A stretch of DNA of 63,007 bases, filler included, from Perkinsus chesapeaki ATCC PRA-425 (Eukaryota > Protista > Perkinsozoa): assembly GCA_013115145.1 (NCBI GenBank). It is 5 parts of 5 records of this genome, joined end to end, with 100 filler letters (N's around TTAATTAATTAA, not from the genome) between each part and the next. Parts side by side here need not be neighbours in the genome. Positions count along the whole stretch, not along the records: positions 53,632 to 63,007 come from JAAPAO010000939.1; 4 more parts are not named here. One strand, written 5' to 3'. How positions within the stretch are numbered: position 1 is the first letter of the stretch; every line of letters starts with the position of its first letter. The position numbers and the translations under genes were made by a program. This document shows, piece by piece, positions 58,587-63,007 of the stretch. The notes under the pieces are model-generated. The model saw only the letters and a list, made by a program, of their open reading frames with translations. It had not been told where the DNA came from and did not search any database.

Positions 58587-61500
58587 TCATACATCATCTC
58601 CTTCGTCTTCATCTTCTCCGTATCTAGCAGCAGCTTCATTATTTGACACCGTATCCTAACCGGGCCCTAGGCGAAGTTGATAAGGTCGAGTGGCACATTG
58701 CTCATTTTGTGCGCAAATGTTTTGAAATCTTCCAGTATTCTGCCATGTCGATCTCCCTCATTCCCAAAGTCCGACATCAACTGCGAGAACTCCGTCATCA
58801 GCGCCCTTACCTGTACAAGGCACCAATACTTACTTCGGGACCTTTATGTCCGTGAAACCTCTCTATAGGAATAAGAGTCGCTGGGTCAGCACTGTGAAGT
58901 GCCAGTCACCTCATATTTAGACTAATTTTGGAAATATGAAATATGTTTTGGGAAGTCCCATCAAAAACGTTGTTCTTGCTGCAGTCAAGAACAACGTTTG
59001 CTGTTTGATACTAATGACTTACCTTATCAACCTCCTGTGCTGTTGGAGCGAGCTGAGCCAGCTCGAGTTTTAGCTCGTCGGAGGATTGTTCAAGGGTCGC
59101 TTTTTCTTCTTCGAGTCTGAAGCTAGTAATGTCTGCATTGAGTTTCGGGACGCCCTACAGTCGTATGGTATTCTCCAATCGTAATTTCTCTTTCTCAATG
59201 AGTGCGATCTTCCTCGTATGTGCGGCCTTGAGCGCCTACAAGCAATGCAAGCGGAAGGAAGCTTCCGTAATATTCACTCCAACCTCGATCGCCCCAGCGA
59301 GTTCGTTATCCTCCTGTACGCGTGCTTGAAGCTGTTCTATAAGATGGTCCTTATCAGTGATGAGCCTTAGATAACAACTCTATCAACTTTTCCTCCTTAC
59401 AGGTGACCTACCAGTCGAAATTTACTAGGAGTCCTTTGATTATCATTTCTATTGCGGATGCAGTCAACGACGACACGTGTCCTGATCAGCTGAACGCTTT
59501 GTTGTGTTACAGGATGTCCTGTTGACCTATGGACCGCAGCAGAGTGCGTAGCTCCCTAAGGTAATCTTGCACGACCAATTTAGAAGCAGTTTTGGCGGAT
59601 GGTTCGCTCGTGCTATCATCTGCTGCAAAATGATGACGTCGTCTTGCCAGTAGATCATCCACTAGCCTTCGGCTGACCGACCGGAGGGTTGCCTAGTAGT
59701 AGGAAATAAGGGCGCGGCGTGGGTTCAGGAATCCATAGCGGTCTCTGACCTCGGAGCAGTTGTGAAGATCTTCTAGAGAGCTTTCAGCATCTTTTGTAGT
59801 AACATCGATTGGCGGAGAGGGAGCCAACAAGGTGGGGAAGGATAATGTAGAGTAGCTGAAACTGAAGTTGTAACACAAGTTGTAAGCCGCTCACGACAAG
59901 CCCTACGAGTGAACGTTACAATTGAGATAAGTAGCAGTTCTACTAATCTAGATTGTAGCACCGACTTATGTACATAACCAAGGTGGCTTCTCTATGCAGT
60001 ATAATATGTAATGTAATGAGGTTCACATTAATATATTGCCGACATATTATTATTTGTTGAATTATCTCCTTTTTGGTAGAAATTGTATCCTATTCCAATC
60101 AGGCTCCAGCCCCCTAGAGAGTGCTCGTCTGAGCTACTGTCTTGGAAGTAGGATTCAAATCTAGAGCTCCACTGGTTGCTTCTTTTGCGTATTTGCAAGA
60201 TTAGACGGGGGGCACCGCGGGGTTTATCCTGCGCCCAAAAACGCCCACTGAAACTTACGAGTTGCGCGCGGGTCCAACAGTGTTGGGGCGTTCCAATGGA
60301 CTTCCATTCACGTCAGACTCGCTGTAATCCGAGAAACGAATGATTTGTGGGATCTGCTTAGAACTCATTCATGGTGTTCCCGAAATAACCCTCTATCCTG
60401 TGTATCAGAAGTAATAGTTCCGAAAGTGGGCCTACATCCAAAGGGGCATCAATAACTACTGAAAACTGTCCATTTCTTGATCTTCTGCATTTTGCCATCT
60501 TTTGCCCGATACCTAGTTGTAAACTTTGTAACCTTACCACCACAAAATAGCGGCTCTACCTGCCACGAAAGGCCTTGTCGTTGCAACTTTCATTGCCACT
60601 TGCTGGCGTCTTCGTCTTGAGGTGGCAAATGGATGATTCTTCACCGTAATCTCTACATCACTTATTCCGTTCCTATCAAGACAGAAGCGATGACACAGCG
60701 GCAAATCGGTAGTGTGCACGTGACGGCGGCGGGTAATGGAACTTGTGGGCTGGTCAAAGGTATCGGTTGTAAGATGTCATTTATGGTATCCGGGGTTGCT
60801 TGTCGAGTCCGTTTGACGATTGATGCCGTGTTAGTGATGCCTGAACAGGATCTTCCCCTCCAAGTCGGAGTGCTTGTTTATTTCAAGGGATTAGAGTTTC
60901 TGTTTATCAAGATGAAACTCCTTCAGCCGCATTCACAAATCTATTTGGCAGACGCTTTAAAAGCTGAAGACGGAAGTAACGTGGTGTTCTGAGCTGACAG
61001 CTATAGTTGAGGTCTAGTTCCGTCTGGACTTTATCATCCATCGACCTCAATGAAGTGATACAACCATCGTGGATGAGGCGGCTCTTCTCTTCTCCGATAT
61101 CGGCTTGGGTGTCGGCATCTACAGACGAAGCAATACTAAGATCACTGATAACGTACTAAGCTCGATGCCAACTGCGAAAATGATGTACAGCGACGGGTGA
61201 GGAAATGTCATTGAAAGTAGCACTCCCAAAGTACCACTTTGTTTGGGGTGGTTCGAGTCTCAAGGTTCACGGAGGGGTACTGCACCCCTTCGCGAACCGA
61301 ACACGCTCAGAGATACTATCTGATGAGACGGTCTCGTAAACTCGACAAAATGAATATAATCCCGGCCGCACAGTTGGTTGTTGTCCGCCATTCCTCCAAC
61401 AACTCTTGGATTTTCGTTGGTATTTTGGACTTCTCATCGTCGTTTTTATCCAATTGATCTGAGCGGCCATGTTTATTGAAATGACATCGCATGTTTCGCT

Positions 61501-62100
61501 TTTTACTGGCAAGAGTATCTTCCTCCTTAGAAGGGCTGATAACCTTCTTCCTGCTTTGCGCAGCGAGGTTCTGCAGAGTTATCAGCGGCATACCGATCCT
61601 GAACCGATGTGAATTGTACTGAGTCCTCAAGCTTAGAAATCTCGATCACTTTTGAGCTTTGCTTCCCGAGGCGGCCTTTGCCTTTGGAGATTCGCTCCTG
61701 ATTTCGCCGATCATAATTATTATTTCAACCCTACGAGAGCCAACCGTATATTTCCTAGTCACACCGCAGGATGACGAATGCGCACTTAAACCTCATGTAG
61801 CATAGTGAATTAGAACATTCACGAGTTCTTTGAGATATTCAACGAAACAAGACGATTTGCTCGAAGCTACACTTATTTTAAAGGCGAATCGCAGCACTTT
61901 TCAATTCTCGTGTCCTTTTCTTCTCCATCACATTATGCAACTTATGTTACGCAAGTTACGTGTTACCAGCCACTCAATAAGTGACAGCTTTGACTACAGC
62001 AATAACTGTTGGATAAAGCTGAAATTTGACATGTTAGTAACACGTCATGCCTCATGACAATCACGTGCACCAGACTCTTGAGCCGGCTTCTTGGAAGCCT
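58587..62100 (-). CDS. Hypothetical coiled-coil protein (multi-exon)
   Basis: Exons LITDKDHLIEQLQARVQEDNELAGAIE, ALKAAHTRKIALIEKEKLRLENTIR, LEEEKATLEQSSDELKLELAQL, VRALMTEFSQL and an acidic tail EDEDEGDDV*. The 5' extent is uncertain. Confidence 0.5.
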
Positions 62101-63007
62101 CAACTAGATGCAAGAGCGCAACGAGCGAGCTTCAGGTCAGCCTTATAAATCCGAACGCAAGCTGACCAAAAAGGGTGTACGGGAAAACGGCCAGTACAAG
62201 ACAGCAGACGAGTGGACCGGCCCGCAGATAGCTTAGTGATCCCAAGGGCGGTGAGAGCGGGAGAAATGGAAAACAGTAACAGTTACACTAACGGATACTC
62301 CGAATATAAGAATATGCGGTGGAATATTCGTAGTGCGGTTGTGCATGAAAATGCAAAGATGCGCGCTATAGTGGCGCACTCGCAACACGTGGGAGCACAC
62401 GTTGAGTTTTTAGCACCCATTTCCTCTTGCATTATAGCTTTGATTTCAGGGTCTTAGCTTCTCCTAAGGGGCTCTAACCTGCAGGAACTGGCGTCTCATC
62501 ATCGCTTATCGTAAATAACGCAAGGGCAGCCTTTAGATAATCCAACTTGAATCAGCGACTTGGGACAGAAAGAAAAGCTTGATTAAGGCCAGCTAGTAAT
62601 TGCCAGTTAGCAACTACATAGCAATTATAAAGATAATGGTATGATGATCATATCTTATGATTCATACGTATAATGATTGTAACTACTCTAGGACACTCGA
62701 GTCGAGAGACTCGATTCATCGCACCTTTCATTGGGTCAACTGAACTGAGGGCTCTGGAAGCATACACATTCGCATACACGCACATGGTGCGTTGCTCACG
62801 CATTTGACCCCATGGGCGCAGCAGCACAAAGCAACAAACAGTCAACAATATTAAGACAACAAAAAGGTCTCACAAAATAGGAGTCACAACAATTAGGCCA
62901 CCACTTCCTTGATAATGGGAATTGCTCGAGTCGAGCTAGTAAGTGCTGATGTGGGTGTTGATAACACCGTGCTATGAATAATCGATAGAATTATTGGTAA
63001 ATAGCGC

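Noticed and set aside
1-63007. Search for spliced-leader relics (ACCGTAGCCATCTTGGCTCAAG-like), rRNA and telomeric repeats
   Set aside because: None seen by eye on either strand; partial matches were 8 nt or shorter.

Overview
Eukaryotic, gene-dense, intron-rich (short GT-AG introns) draft scaffold with five N-gaps. Most likely an alveolate of the Perkinsus type (inference from gene content and intron style, not a database match). Host genes reconstructed by manual splicing: RRP6 exosome nuclease, an SLC35A-type nucleotide-sugar transporter, TIM9, a large PTEN-C2-FH1-FH2 formin, a serine carboxypeptidase, a lineage-specific F-box-like/propeller protein, cysteine synthase, an algal/cyanobacterial-type MPBQ/MSBQ methyltransferase and several hypothetical multi-exon genes. 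Exon boundaries are approximate. Mobile DNA is abundant: an APE-type LINE, an RTE fragment, two tyrosine-recombinase (DIRS/Ngaro-like) retrotransposons (one ending in a B-A-B split direct repeat), two non-autonomous hAT derivatives and a Tc1/mariner MITE. The most unusual signals are (i) ultra-short (32-67 nt) intronic retro-insertions that carry a 3' stem-loop, an (AC)n tail and target-site duplications and share their terminus with the local LINE, (ii) tRNA-like A/B-box elements inside short introns, (iii) a candidate 58-aa secreted six-cysteine peptide, and (iv) a plastoquinone/tocopherol-pathway methyltransferase in an apparently non-photosynthetic lineage.
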